A stretch of DNA of 64,000 nt from an uncultured Terracidiphilus sp. (GCA_964509755.1 CAZDYU010000005.1:524-64523), one strand, 5' to 3'. Shown: positions 38,752 through 49,134, counted from the first letter of the stretch. A program made the numbers and translations. The notes: a model not told the origin generated them from the letters alone.

Positions 38752-40968
38752 TCAATCCTCCGAACCCAGTTTTTCAGTGGCCTCGGCCTCCATCGCGGCA
38801 AGCGTGGCACGCATTCGTTCGAACTCCCGATGCCCATGCAGCGCTTTCAGGCGCGGATCGGCCAGCATCTGGAAGAACCATGGGCAGCGGGCCTGGTCCG
38901 CGGCTTGAAGCTCGTTGATAGCCTCCTCCAGATCGCCCAGAGCCACCAGCACCGCGGGCGTAAAGGAATTCAGCAGGAACCGCTCGCGGCTGAGCCATTG
39001 CAGGCGCTCCAGAATCACCCGCGCTTCGTCCTTGCGTCCCGCGCAGGCCAGCGTATAGGCGTGCGCCGCGGCGGCCAGGTCGAAGTGCGGCAAACGCAGG
39101 GCAAGATCCTGGGCAACCTCGACAGCGCGCGCAGCCTCGCCGTTATAGCCCAGAATCAGCGCTCCGTAGAAGCCGATGAATTCATGCTCGGGAAAGAGAC
39201 TGATGGCCTTTTTGATCAGCTCGACGCTCTCGTCGGCTTGACCGTCCAGATGCAGCGTCCAGGCCAGTCGTCCCTGCAGCCAGGGCGAATACGGGTCCAG
39301 CCGGATCGCCCCGCGCAGCAAGCCAATCGCCTCGCCAAAACGATGGCGGCTGACGGCAAACATGCTGCGCGCGCGCGTGATCCACGAATCGTGGGGCAGA
39401 TGCGCGCTCTCTGAGAAGGCTTGCCGGGCCGCCGCCAGATCGCGGTCGTAGTGGAATTCGATCCAGCCCAGCGCGGGCAGAAGCGTCGGTGCGCGCAGAG
39501 CGTGATCGGGAATCGATTCGGCGGCGCGATGCACATGATCGGCCGCCACATCCGGCGGCATGAAGCCATAAAACGCCTGGGTCACGCAAAGATGCGCCAA
39601 GTCGACTTTGGCCGCAATCAGCGTGGGATCCAATTCGATCGCGCGCAGCAAATGCTGCAACCCATCCTGCATTCTATGGCGATGAAGCGTCTGCCACTCA
39701 TGATGGCCGCGCAGGTAGGTCTCGTATGCCTCTCGCTGCTGCAAGCCGCGCTCTTCATCAAAGCGGCTGGCTGAGGCGGAGGCGAAGATCTCCAGGCCTT
39801 CCATGCTCGGCGCGGGCAGCAATGACCTGTCTCCGCGCGGAAGCGCGCCAATCCGATGATAGAGCCGCTGCAGCAACTCCTTTTCGATTTCGCCAGTCCA
39901 GGTATGTGGCCCCAGCAGATCCTCCACCCAGATTTGCACTCCATCCTCCACGCGAATCATCTCCGCGCGCAGGCGGCAATGCGAGGTGAATGCCTGCAAG
40001 CTCCCAGTCAGCACCAGGTCGGCCTTCAGTTCCTTGCCAATCTGCTGCGCCGTCAATCCACGCTGGGCCAGGTTGAAGACCGAATCGCGAGCCAGGACGA
40101 AAACCGCCGGCGGACGGGCGCTGGCAAGGGCGGAGATCGTCTCTTCGGCAATTGCCGGCCCCAGAAACTCCGGAACCATGTACCGCGTTTCGAAGGGCAG
40201 AATAGCCAGCCGCGGTGGCGCTCCGTCTGAGGCCACGCTGTGCCGCGCAATCTCGGCTGAAAATCGGTAGCCGCGCTTGTAGACAGTCTGAATGCAATCG
40301 TCAGGCTCAAGCCGCGCGCGCAGCGACGAAAGGCACTTGGGCACACTGTCGGCCGTAACATGCACATCGCCCCAGAGGGCGCGCTTCAATTGCAGCGGAG
40401 AGACCACCTGACCGGCGTGAGCCATCAGCAGCCGCAGCGCCGCCAGTTCTTTGGGGGGCAGATGAACCACCGCCTCGCCGCGCCACAGCGTCCCGTCTGC
40501 CTCCAGCCGCAGCCCGGCAAAGGAAAATACCGGATCGCTTGCCCGGCGGCCAGGGCTCGCCGCGGGAAACTCGCGATCGCTGGCGCGTCGTCCTGAACCC
40601 GCAAACTGCTCTTGATCGGTTGCCCGCCGACCCAGCTTCGGCGCGGGAAAGACCGGCTCCACTGCACGCATCTCCGGAGTTTCAGCGGGAGACTCCGCAT
40701 CCTGGGTACTTGCCAATTCCGGGAGAAGTCTACGATTCGCAGCCAATGGAATGCCTCGAATTCCGGGCAAAAGGGCTGCCCTTCTCCTGGCCACCTGGTG
40801 CAAAGGAGAGGGCAGCCGCCTACAGAGGTCGCGGGAAGCTGCGTGATCGACAACCCTATGGGGAAAAAATGCAACAATCCCTGCGAAGATCTGCGCTTCA
40901 ATGAGCCCAGTATTTTCTTGTAACAGGTTCATTATCCGCCTCTGCAAGCCCCACGGGAAGTGTTTCAA
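38752..40968 (-). CDS. Winged-helix / TolB-like / TPR transcriptional regulator (start uncertain, probably near 40700)
   Basis: HLPPKELAALRLL, IQTVYKRGYRF, LAILPF, TPR repeats, LADPRLKALHG. Confidence 0.85.
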   Translation of the reverse strand: MKHFPWGLQRRIMNLLQENTGLIEAQIFAGIVAFFPHRVVDHAASRDLCRRLPSPLHQVARRRAALLPGIRGIPLAANRRLLPELASTQDAESPAETPEMRAVEPVFPAPKLGRRATDQEQFAGSGRRASDREFPAASPGRRASDPVFSFAGLRLEADGTLWRGEAVVHLPPKELAALRLLMAHAGQVVSPLQLKRALWGDVHVTADSVPKCLSSLRARLEPDDCIQTVYKRGYRFSAEIARHSVASDGAPPRLAILPFETRYMVPEFLGPAIAEETISALASARPPAVFVLARDSVFNLAQRGLTAQQIGKELKADLVLTGSLQAFTSHCRLRAEMIRVEDGVQIWVEDLLGPHTWTGEIEKELLQRLYHRIGALPRGDRSLLPAPSMEGLEIFASASASRFDEERGLQQREAYETYLRGHHEWQTLHRHRMQDGLQHLLRAIELDPTLIAAKVDLAHLCVTQAFYGFMPPDVAADHVHRAAESIPDHALRAPTLLPALGWIEFHYDRDLAAARQAFSESAHLPHDSWITRARSMFAVSRHRFGEAIGLLRGAIRLDPYSPWLQGRLAWTLHLDGQADESVELIKKAISLFPEHEFIGFYGALILGYNGEAARAVEVAQDLALRLPHFDLAAAAHAYTLACAGRKDEARVILERLQWLSRERFLLNSFTPAVLVALGDLEEAINELQAADQARCPWFFQMLADPRLKALHGHREFERMRATLAAMEAEATEKLGSED

Positions 40969-41115
40969 TCAGGTTTCTAGTGTTCACTAAGTAATCCAGG
41001 GGCGATTACTGGGTAACTTGGGTATCCATCACGGTCGAGCGGCGCTCTCTCGCAAATCGCCCTTCTCCTGAAAGAATCTGGTGTCCTGAGTCTGATGCTC
41101 GTAAAACAAATGAAC

Positions 41116-41902
41116 TGTCATCCTGGGTGACAATAGCCAAGCGAATGGAGTCGAAGGATTCGCGGTGCTTTTCGTTATTGGTTGGCGCGTGACCAAGATA
41201 CGCCAACTGAAATTAGGTGGCCCACATCTCGAACTTGAGATGTGGGAAACAATGAACCCCAGCCCACGCTTTTCTGACCTCCGGTCTCTGACCTTAAAAC
41301 CCGCGGTGATGATTAGCCCCGCGCTTGCCCAGAGTCCCCAAGAGACGGCGGCTGGCCCAGATAGGCCAACTAAAGTTGGGTGGCCCACATCTCGAACTTG
41401 CGATGTGGGAAACAATGAACCCCAGCCCACGCTTTTCTGACGTCCAATCTCCGGCCTCTAACCTTGTAACCCGCGCCGTAGGCGCAGCGGTTATTAGCCC
41501 CGCGTTTCAGCGCGGGGTGGGCGAAACCAATAATCCTGAAAACGGCAGTTGCACACTGTCATCCGTGATCTCCATCAAGGTTTGGAGCCTCTGAAACTTG
41601 TTGCTTTGTAATCGGGGCCCGACTTCTAGCCTGCCCTGAGCGGAGTCGAAGGGGGCCGCAAAGGGCTGAAAGGAAAGCTGGGCTTTACAGGTTGCGGAAA
41701 AACTCAATTGGATGAAGGGTACGGGCTTTACAGGCTGCGGAAAAACTCATCGCAAGGCAATTCTCGAAGGCTTTGTAACCAGGGCACGACTTTAGTCGGG
41801 CCGATAAAGCCAACCATATCAACGTTGGGCTTTAGCCCCTGCTACGCTCAATCGCGATTGCACCCCCCGAACAGCCCTTTTTCCGCAGCCGGTTTAGCCC
41901 CT
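41116..41902. repeat. Dense cluster of REP-like palindromes, a duplicated unit and nested MITE ends
   Basis: TGTCATCCTG..GTCGAAGGA; two copies of CCCACATCTCG-AACTT-G(A/C)GATGTGGG..CCCACGCTTTTCTGAC (from 41203 and 41366); MITE at 41731-41892. Confidence 0.8.
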
Positions 41903-42086
41903 GCAAAATCTCGGCCCGGCGAACTACCATCGCTCGGCTTCTTTTCGATCATCGATTTTCGACTGCTCCGCCACTCACCCAAATGGCTCATGATCTTCGT
42001 TCTCCTGACTTGTTTGCGAGCAAACTTCAGCAATTCTTCAACCTTCCCCGCGGTCCGGCTGGCAAACTATTGAAAGGGAGTTAGCC

Positions 42087-42683
42087 ATGACCAAAACCGT
42101 TTCCTACGCCCAGTGGTCTCTTGAGCCTTATTGCATCGGAATGAAGCTGCGTTCGCTGCGCACCCAGAAGCGCCTCACGCTCTCGCGGCTGGCGGCTGAG
42201 ACCAAGCTCTCCACCGCGCTGCTTTCCAAGTTGGAGACCGACCGCATGATTCCCACGCTGCCCACCCTGGCCACCATCAGCCGGGTCTACGGCGTCGGCA
42301 TGAGCTACTTTTTCTGCGAGCCCGCCAAGCACACGCTTTCCATCACTCGCAAAGCTCACCTGCAAGGCAATAATCGCGGCCCGGAGCCTGCCAAAATCAC
42401 CCCGCTCAGTGTGCCCAGCGACGGAGCCAGGCTGGTGGCCCGAATGATCGAATTCCCTCCCGGCGGCTCCTCGGCCGCGGCCGATGTGCTCCGCGAAGCC
42501 AGCGGCATGGTCTACGTGCTGGAAGGCAAGCTCCAGTTGGATGCCGGAGGCCTGCATGAGGTGCTCGAGGCCGGCGACTGCGCCTACATGGAGAGCGAGA
42601 TGGCGCTGGGCTGGAGCGCATCCGGCAAGCATCGCTGCCGCATTCTGGCCATTACGCCCTCCAGCCCCCGCGCCGAAGGTTGA
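42087..42683 (+). CDS. XRE-family regulator with cupin domain
   Basis: HTH IGMKLRSLR..LSKLETD..PTLPTL; cupin YVLEGKL..LEAGDCAY. Confidence 0.88.
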   Translation: MTKTVSYAQWSLEPYCIGMKLRSLRTQKRLTLSRLAAETKLSTALLSKLETDRMIPTLPTLATISRVYGVGMSYFFCEPAKHTLSITRKAHLQGNNRGPEPAKITPLSVPSDGARLVARMIEFPPGGSSAAADVLREASGMVYVLEGKLQLDAGGLHEVLEAGDCAYMESEMALGWSASGKHRCRILAITPSSPRAEG

Positions 42684-43317
42684 GCGCATCCGCTTTCGTG
42701 ACAGGGCAATCGCATTTGAAAATCGACTCGCCGAATCTCTTTCAAAATCGCCCCATTCTTGTTCGGCTTTTTTGCGGAAAATTGATTCCCCAGCGCGCAC
42801 AATAAAAGCAGCGGTACCACGAGGCCCAAATGATCGCCATCCAATCTCCAGCCCGCGCACTCAGTTTCTCTTCGCTGCCCCCTATTTCTTACTCCTTGTT
42901 TCGTCGATTCTTCGCCAAAAATCCCTGCGACCCCCACCCCCCCCTACCCCTTTTTGCCTCCTCATATTTTGTAACTAGCACGATTTGAATAAGTTACGGC
43001 ATAAATCTAGTTACAATCAGTGACATTTAAGTGCCTTTTTTGGCCGCTTTTGGCAAAATATGACCCTCTTTTTGCCAAAAACGCCCCTTTTTTGCCGATT
43101 TCCGCCACTGCCTTCCGCTGGTCTTTCTCAAACTCAGGCCTGGCTTCAGAACCTCCAAAACACCTGTCCTTCAACTCTCGCCCAAGCTTCAAATGCAATT
43201 GCCAGGGCTTTCGTGACCCCTGTCACCACGGCATCGGCCCATCACCGCTATATTTATTCTGAGCAACTGCCGCTGCTGGGCCAAGCGCGGCAATCCTTCT
43301 CAGGCGTGAGGGCAACG

Positions 43318-44121
43318 ATGGAGCAAAGACAGCTTCCTATCGCGGAGCAGGAAAGCGAGAAGCCGCGGGCCTCAGCCGGGTTTGTGTGTGCGCCAAAGCC
43401 GCCAGACGACTCGCCGCTCGCGGCTGCCAGCTCCCCAGAGGCCGAGGCCTTCCGGCAAGAGATCATCCTCGCCGGCCGCAAGCTCTGGCAGCGCCAGTAT
43501 GTGGACGGCAATGGCGGCAATATCAGCGTCCGTCTTGGCTCGCGGTATGTGCTCTGCACACCCACTCTGGTCAGCAAAGGCGACTTGGTTCCGGCCGACA
43601 TCTGCCTCTCCGATCTCGACGGCAATATCATCGCCGGAGAACGTTCCCGCACCAGTGAACTTCTTTTGCACTTGGAAATTTATAAGGCCAATCCGCGCGC
43701 CCGCGCCGTCGTCCACTGCCATCCGCCCTACGCCACGGCCTTCGCCATTGCCGGTATCGCGCCGCCCAACAGCCTCATCACCGAGTACGAAATCTTCATC
43801 GGTCCCGTCGCCGTCGCGCCCTATGAAACCCCCGGAACCAAAGCCTTTGCCGAGACGGTCCTGCCCTTCGTTCAGACCCACAACACCATCCTGCTCACCA
43901 ACCACGGCATCGTCTGCTGGTCAGACACCGTCACCCACGCTGAGTGGCTCGCGGAGATCTTCGAAGGCGGCTGCAAGACCTATCTGCTGGCGCAACAAAT
44001 CGGCAAGCCGCTCCTGCAAATCCCCAGCAAAAAAATCGAAGAGATTCTAGCCCTGAAGCAGCGCATGGGCCTGCCCGACGCCCGCCTCGCGGAGGATGCC
44101 ATGCATTCCCCCAAACGCTAG
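43318..44121 (+). CDS. Class II aldolase/adducin family protein
   Basis: GNISVR, TSELLLHLEIY, VVHCHPPYATAFA, LLTNHG. Confidence 0.9.
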   Translation: MEQRQLPIAEQESEKPRASAGFVCAPKPPDDSPLAAASSPEAEAFRQEIILAGRKLWQRQYVDGNGGNISVRLGSRYVLCTPTLVSKGDLVPADICLSDLDGNIIAGERSRTSELLLHLEIYKANPRARAVVHCHPPYATAFAIAGIAPPNSLITEYEIFIGPVAVAPYETPGTKAFAETVLPFVQTHNTILLTNHGIVCWSDTVTHAEWLAEIFEGGCKTYLLAQQIGKPLLQIPSKKIEEILALKQRMGLPDARLAEDAMHSPKR

Positions 44122-44480
44122 TGTCTTGAGTCGGAAATTTGTAGGGTGGTGATTGAGGGTGGTCAATCGAAGGATCTGTGGGTGTTCTTCAATGAACTTG
44201 TCGCCAACTTGCTAACTCGCCATCACCGCGCAGCGGTGGCTAACTTGCCGTTTTTGTTAGCAAGCCGCCTCTTTCAATCTTCTTGTTCATAGGGAACGAA
44301 CGGAACCTCAGGGCAACGGCAGGCTCTGATGTCCGACCACTAAAACTGGGTGTCCCAGATCTCGAACTAGATATAGGGGAGACCACCAAAATCGAATCCA
44401 ACACAACCGGCCTTATGCGGCGAACGGCGCATGGAGTCTTAACTATTTCTCTCAGCCAAGCGGATAAAGCCAGTGCCCCT

Positions 44481-45344
44481 CTAGCGGTTCATCGCCAAGC
44501 TTGCCGCCGAGACGCTCTGGCCGCCCGCTAAACCCTGATCCAGCAGAGAGACGCCTTGCGCCAGGCTCATCGCCGCCGGAACCGCCGTAAAGCCGCCGCG
44601 TACTTCGCTCGTTTCGCGTGCAATCGTTTTAAAAAGCATCGCCCGGCCGTTCATGTGCACCTCAAGGTCTACCGTCTTCCAGTCCGTGGCGCTTACTCGA
44701 GTCCGCTGCAAGCGGAACCAGCCACCCTTGTACAGCCGGCCCAGAATGCCAAAGCCAAAGTCCACATTCTCGTCCAGGTGCCCGTCCAGCAGCGCCAGCC
44801 TCTTGTAGCGGCTGCTCACCCACAATTCGCCGCTCATCGCGTGAAAGATGCGCGCCTCAATCGAGTGCGCCGGATAATCCGGATTGGGCCGGAAGCGCAG
44901 CCGGTAGCAGCTATTCTCTTCCCCGGCATACTGATAGAGAAACGCATCCGGCAGTAGCGCGACAATGCGGCCAATGCGCCTCTCGTCGTCCAGATACTCC
45001 TGCCGATGCCGTGCCCGCTCCTGTGGCGAGTTGAGCAGTTGGTTGAGCCTGTTCTGCTCCGCCTGCCGGGCCGCAGCCTCCAGAGGCCGGCCGTTGCTCA
45101 ACTCCAGCCGTGTAATCGGACCCTCCGCGGTCTCTATCTGTTCCTCCCGGCGCGTCTCTTTTAGCCCGTGGTGCTCAATCCAGTAGCGCCAGTAGCCGTG
45201 CCGCTCGTGATCGTGGAGTTCGTTGTAAACCACCTCGCGCACCAGTTGGACAAGCGGTATCGGTGGCTGAGTCTGTTGAAGCTGCTGTGCGCAAGCTCCA
45301 TGCGTCAGCGCCAGAATCCCCACCACTCCGCAAAACACACGCAT
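44481..45344 (-). CDS. Hypothetical secreted protein
   Basis: Signal peptide; typical codon usage; function not recognised. Confidence 0.7.
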   Translation of the reverse strand: MRVFCGVVGILALTHGACAQQLQQTQPPIPLVQLVREVVYNELHDHERHGYWRYWIEHHGLKETRREEQIETAEGPITRLELSNGRPLEAAARQAEQNRLNQLLNSPQERARHRQEYLDDERRIGRIVALLPDAFLYQYAGEENSCYRLRFRPNPDYPAHSIEARIFHAMSGELWVSSRYKRLALLDGHLDENVDFGFGILGRLYKGGWFRLQRTRVSATDWKTVDLEVHMNGRAMLFKTIARETSEVRGGFTAVPAAMSLAQGVSLLDQGLAGGQSVSAASLAMNR

Positions 45345-45498
45345 CCCGCCGCCTCCATGGATACAGACTTGAGGGGATTATGACTGTCAGACGATGAAGA
45401 ATCGGCAAGACTGCGGTGAAAGTACCAACAAAACAGCCATCAAACCGGAGAATTCCGCCCCGGCGACTCTTCAGGCGCAAACTTGTTACACTGACCCC

Positions 45499-45828
45499 AT
45501 GCAGGATGAATTGGAGTTTCGCCGCGCCGCTGAGTCGGCTCTGGAAGCCTTGATGCAGCACCTCATTGCCCGCGAGGAGGAAGACGATGCCGGCTTTGAA
45601 GTCGAAGAGCAGAGCGGCGTGCTGCATGTCGAGTTCGAAGCACCCCCGGCCAAGTTCGTCGTCACCCCCAATGCGCCCATGCGCCAGATCTGGATCTCCG
45701 CCCTCTCCACCAGCTTCAAGCTCGATTGGGAGCCTGCCGCAAAGGCCTTTATTCTCCCTCGCACCGGTGAGCAGTTGACGCCGCTGCTCGATCGCCTGAT
45801 TGCCGAACACCTCGGCAGCCAGTCTTGA
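45499..45828 (+). CDS. cyaY: Frataxin-like iron donor CyaY
   Basis: Acidic N-terminal helix, SGVLHVEF, TPNAPMRQIWIS. Confidence 0.8.
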   Translation: MQDELEFRRAAESALEALMQHLIAREEEDDAGFEVEEQSGVLHVEFEAPPAKFVVTPNAPMRQIWISALSTSFKLDWEPAAKAFILPRTGEQLTPLLDRLIAEHLGSQS

Positions 45829-45981
45829 TTGCCGCCCGTGATGTAAACTACTCACAGCGAGTCCCGCCTATCTGGCGCAGTCTTTTGCGTGCGGAACCGG
45901 CAATCGACCGCGCCGTTGAAGCCGCGAGAAGTTTTGCCTCGTGTGTGCAGAGACACCCCAAGAAGGAGAAATACCCCACCA

Positions 45982-46161
45982 ATGGCCAAGATTGCTAAAA
46001 CAGGTGACCACAAGAAGGTAATGGACACGACGAAGTCGACCGACTGTCCCAAGTGCAGCAAGCCCACGCGCATCGTCAAGCGCGTAAAGGACCGCGAACG
46101 CGGCATCCCTGGCGGCGTCTACATCTCGTGCTCCGTTTGCGAATTCTACGAGAAGCTTTAA
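45982..46161 (+). CDS. Small basic zinc-ribbon protein (59 aa)
   Basis: AAGGAG RBS; CPKC and CSVC; followed by a terminator. Confidence 0.8.
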   Translation: MAKIAKTGDHKKVMDTTKSTDCPKCSKPTRIVKRVKDRERGIPGGVYISCSVCEFYEKL

Positions 46162-46184
46162 GCGCAGGCTCATTCCCGCGCAGC

Positions 46185-46212
46185 AAAAAGCCCGGCTCCT
46201 GCCGGGCTTTTT
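46185..46212 (+). terminator. Rho-independent (bidirectional-type) terminator
   Basis: AAAAAGCCCGGC-TCCT-GCCGGGCTTTTT. Confidence 0.85.
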
Positions 46213-46375
46213 GCGTTCTGCAGAAACTGCGGGCGCTCAAGGTTTCGCTATTGATAGATCGAGAACTGGGTCATTCTTGTCTACCCTATTGGGCCGGATT
46301 TCTTCCACTTGCGGTACACTTGTTGCGGCGCAGCTTGGCCATCAAAAGTATCGCGGAGAGGGATCGATTGAAACA

Positions 46376-46903
46376 ATGAGCGAGATTGAGATCACTTCTG
46401 ATCCGCATCGCCAGCAGCGGCTTTACTGGAATGAGATGATTAATCTCAAGGCGGATGCTGCGTTTATCCGTCTCTATAGAGACTCTCGCGGCAAGTGGGT
46501 GACAACTCTTGGAACGCTCAAGGCGATTGCTTCTTGTGGTGGAATTGCAGCTTGGGTGGTTTGGAAGGAATATGCATTTGTCTGGGCCGCGATCATTGCC
46601 GCATCCCAGGTTGCGGACGCACTGAAGGATGTTTTTCCCTTCGCGAAAGAGCATAAAGCTGCAAGCATTCACTCCATGACCCTTGACAACCTTTTCAACG
46701 ACGTTCAGTTGGAATGGGAGAATATTTTTTCTGGTCGATATACAGACGAGGAGATCATGAAACTGCGGCACAAGCTGGGGAAGATGCAACTCGACGCTCT
46801 ACAACACAATTTTCCTGATGAACTAGCGGATCGGCACACGCTTCTCATTCAAGCCAAGGAGATTGCCGTATCCTATTTTGCGACCACATATGGTGTAAAC
46901 TGA
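46376..46903 (+). CDS. Two-TM protein, SLATT-like
   Basis: Two adjacent TM helices followed by a helical soluble domain; family call by pattern only. Confidence 0.6.
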   Translation: MSEIEITSDPHRQQRLYWNEMINLKADAAFIRLYRDSRGKWVTTLGTLKAIASCGGIAAWVVWKEYAFVWAAIIAASQVADALKDVFPFAKEHKAASIHSMTLDNLFNDVQLEWENIFSGRYTDEEIMKLRHKLGKMQLDALQHNFPDELADRHTLLIQAKEIAVSYFATTYGVN

Positions 46904-46918
46904 GTTCGGGAGGTTCTT

Positions 46919-47095
46919 ATGGCAGAACGGAGAAGTGATCGCGCACTTGCAATGGACAGTCAGATCATGCCACGTCTTGAAATCAGTATTCCCATGCCTC
47001 CGGGCGCGGCTGTTCCGGCTCGTTCCCCCCAATCTCAACCGGCGCCGATTCCCCAGAATGGGCCAGCACGGCCAGCTGCGGCGCATTCAAGATAA
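46919..47095 (+). CDS. Small Pro-rich hypothetical protein (58 aa)
   Basis: GGAGG RBS; MAERRSDRALAMDSQIMPRLEISIPMPPGAAVPARSPQSQPAPIPQNGPARPAAAHSR. Confidence 0.55.
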   Translation: MAERRSDRALAMDSQIMPRLEISIPMPPGAAVPARSPQSQPAPIPQNGPARPAAAHSR

Positions 47096-47183
47096 GGCGC
47101 AATCTTAAGGGCATTTTTCACCTGTTCGCACATGTGCTTCCGCACGGTATCGCTCACATTTCTTTTTTTGGCCTCACCCTCGC

Positions 47184-48056
47184 GTGCATCCAGTCTTCTT
47201 TCACCTCGGTCCGATCCTCATCCCCTCCTACGGCGCATCGGCCGCCTTGGGCGTGCTGCTGGCGCTGTTTCTGGCGCAGCGCACCGCGCGCATCGCCGGG
47301 CTCGATGCGGGCAAGCTCTGGAGCCTGTGCGTCTGGTCGCTCTTTGCGGCGCTGGCGGCCTCGCGGCTCTTGCTGGTTGCGCTCAACTTCAGCGATCTGC
47401 GCCTTCACCCCTCCTGGATGCTGGCGCTGGCGATGATTCATCACCCGCTGCTGGCTGGCTTTGGGACTCTGGCGGCCGCTGCTACGGCGTTTTTCTACGG
47501 CCGCTGGCAGCGTCTGCCGCTTTGGACTACCGCCGATGCGCTGGCCGCTCCGGTGGCGCTGGCATTGACCTTTGAGCAGTTCGGCGCGTTGCTGGCTGGT
47601 TCGGGCTATGGAATCGAATCAGGGAAGGGAGTTGCCGCGCAATGGGCTGTGACTTATACAGATCCGCGCGCCGCTCTCTGGTCTGGCGCTCCGCTGGGCG
47701 TTGCCTTGCATCCGGTGCAGGCTTATGCGGCGCTGGCTTTTCTTGCGCTTTCGATTTTGCTGCTGCTCTGGCTGCCGTACCGGCATCAGCCCGGCGATCT
47801 GGCGGGGCTGTTGCTGTTAGGCTCAGGCGTGGCCATCTTCGTCACCGAGTTCTGGCGCGACCCCGAAGGGCGCGGCTCGCTGCTGGGCGGAGCGCTCAAC
47901 GGACCGCAGGCGGCGGCGGTTCTTCTGGTTGTTGCTGGAGGATTCATGTTAATGGAACGCATAAAACCGGCCGAGAATCATGAACTCTCATCCGCAATCG
48001 TCGATTCGCCGGCAACAGAAGAATCATCCGCGAAAATAGAGGCCGTAAATGACTGA
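47184..48056 (+). CDS. lgt: Prolipoprotein diacylglyceryl transferase family
   Basis: MHPVFFHLGP..IPSYG, ADALA, LHPVQAY, TEFWR. Confidence 0.78.
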   Translation: MHPVFFHLGPILIPSYGASAALGVLLALFLAQRTARIAGLDAGKLWSLCVWSLFAALAASRLLLVALNFSDLRLHPSWMLALAMIHHPLLAGFGTLAAAATAFFYGRWQRLPLWTTADALAAPVALALTFEQFGALLAGSGYGIESGKGVAAQWAVTYTDPRAALWSGAPLGVALHPVQAYAALAFLALSILLLLWLPYRHQPGDLAGLLLLGSGVAIFVTEFWRDPEGRGSLLGGALNGPQAAAVLLVVAGGFMLMERIKPAENHELSSAIVDSPATEESSAKIEAVND

Positions 48057-49119
48057 ACTGCGCACCATCGAAGCACCAGTGGAGGCCAAAGGCCAGCGGC
48101 TGGATCAATTCCTGGCCGCGCAACTTGAGGGCGTCAGCCGCTCGCGCGTCCAGTTACTCATCGACCAGAGCGATGTGCTCGTCAACGGCCTCGTCGAGAA
48201 GGCCTCGCTCAAACTGCGCGGCGGTGAGCGCATCGACATTACCGGCGAGCCGCGACCAGAGCCGCTCAAAGCTTCTGCTGAAGATATTCCCCTGGATGTG
48301 GTTTACGAGGACGCGGATCTTGCCGTGATCAACAAGCCGGCGGGAATGATGGTCCATGCCGGGTCGGGGCAGAATGAGGACGCGCGCAGCCGCGGCACGC
48401 TGGTCAACGCGCTGCTCTTCCGTTTCAAGGCGCTTTCGGCCACCGGCGGCGACCTGCGCCCCGGCATCGTTCACCGGCTGGATAAAGACACTAGCGGCCT
48501 GATCGTCGTCGCCAAGAATGACCGCACTCACGCGGCGCTGGCCGAGTTGTTCTCCAGCCGCCAGATCAAGAAGACTTATCTGGCGCTGGTGCAGGGCGCA
48601 GTCGAGCGCGCCAAGGGGACGATCAACTCCAGCGTAGGCCGCGACCCGCAGCGCCGCACCCGCATGACGACTAAACCGCTTTCCGACGCGCGCGCCGCCG
48701 TAACGCACTACGAGGTCGTCCGCCGGCTCGCCAATCGCTTTGGCAAATTCACTTTAATCAAAGTCCGCATCGAGACGGGCCGCACGCATCAGATTCGCGT
48801 GCACATGGCCTCCATTGGTTACCCGGTCGTCGGCGACACGCTCTACGGCGGACCGGGCCATCTCACCGACCAGGTCGCTTCGCAGGCTGCAACATCAAAG
48901 GCCGCGCGCCGCAAGTCGGAGCCCGAACGGCTGCGCCTGGGACGCAACTTCCTGCACGCCGCGCGCCTCGAATTCCCCCATCCCAAGACCGGCAAGCTGC
49001 TGGAACTGGAAGCGCCCTTGCCCGCCGAGTTGGAAGAGTTTCTGAGCCAATTGGAAGATGGGCAGAGCCCCGCCGAAGCCACCCCGCCGCCGTCCAAGCC
49101 CAAACAGCGGCGGCCTTGA
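48049..49119 (+). CDS. RluA/RluD-family pseudouridine synthase
   Basis: S4 domain; NKPAGMMVH, PGIVHRLDKDTSG, TGRTHQIRVH. Confidence 0.93.
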   Translation: MTELRTIEAPVEAKGQRLDQFLAAQLEGVSRSRVQLLIDQSDVLVNGLVEKASLKLRGGERIDITGEPRPEPLKASAEDIPLDVVYEDADLAVINKPAGMMVHAGSGQNEDARSRGTLVNALLFRFKALSATGGDLRPGIVHRLDKDTSGLIVVAKNDRTHAALAELFSSRQIKKTYLALVQGAVERAKGTINSSVGRDPQRRTRMTTKPLSDARAAVTHYEVVRRLANRFGKFTLIKVRIETGRTHQIRVHMASIGYPVVGDTLYGGPGHLTDQVASQAATSKAARRKSEPERLRLGRNFLHAARLEFPHPKTGKLLELEAPLPAELEEFLSQLEDGQSPAEATPPPSKPKQRRP

Positions 49120-49134
49120 TAAAATAAGGAAGCT

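Noticed and set aside
41203..41510. Duplicated palindromic unit as a CRISPR repeat
   Set aside because: Only two long imperfect copies; resembles REP-type elements
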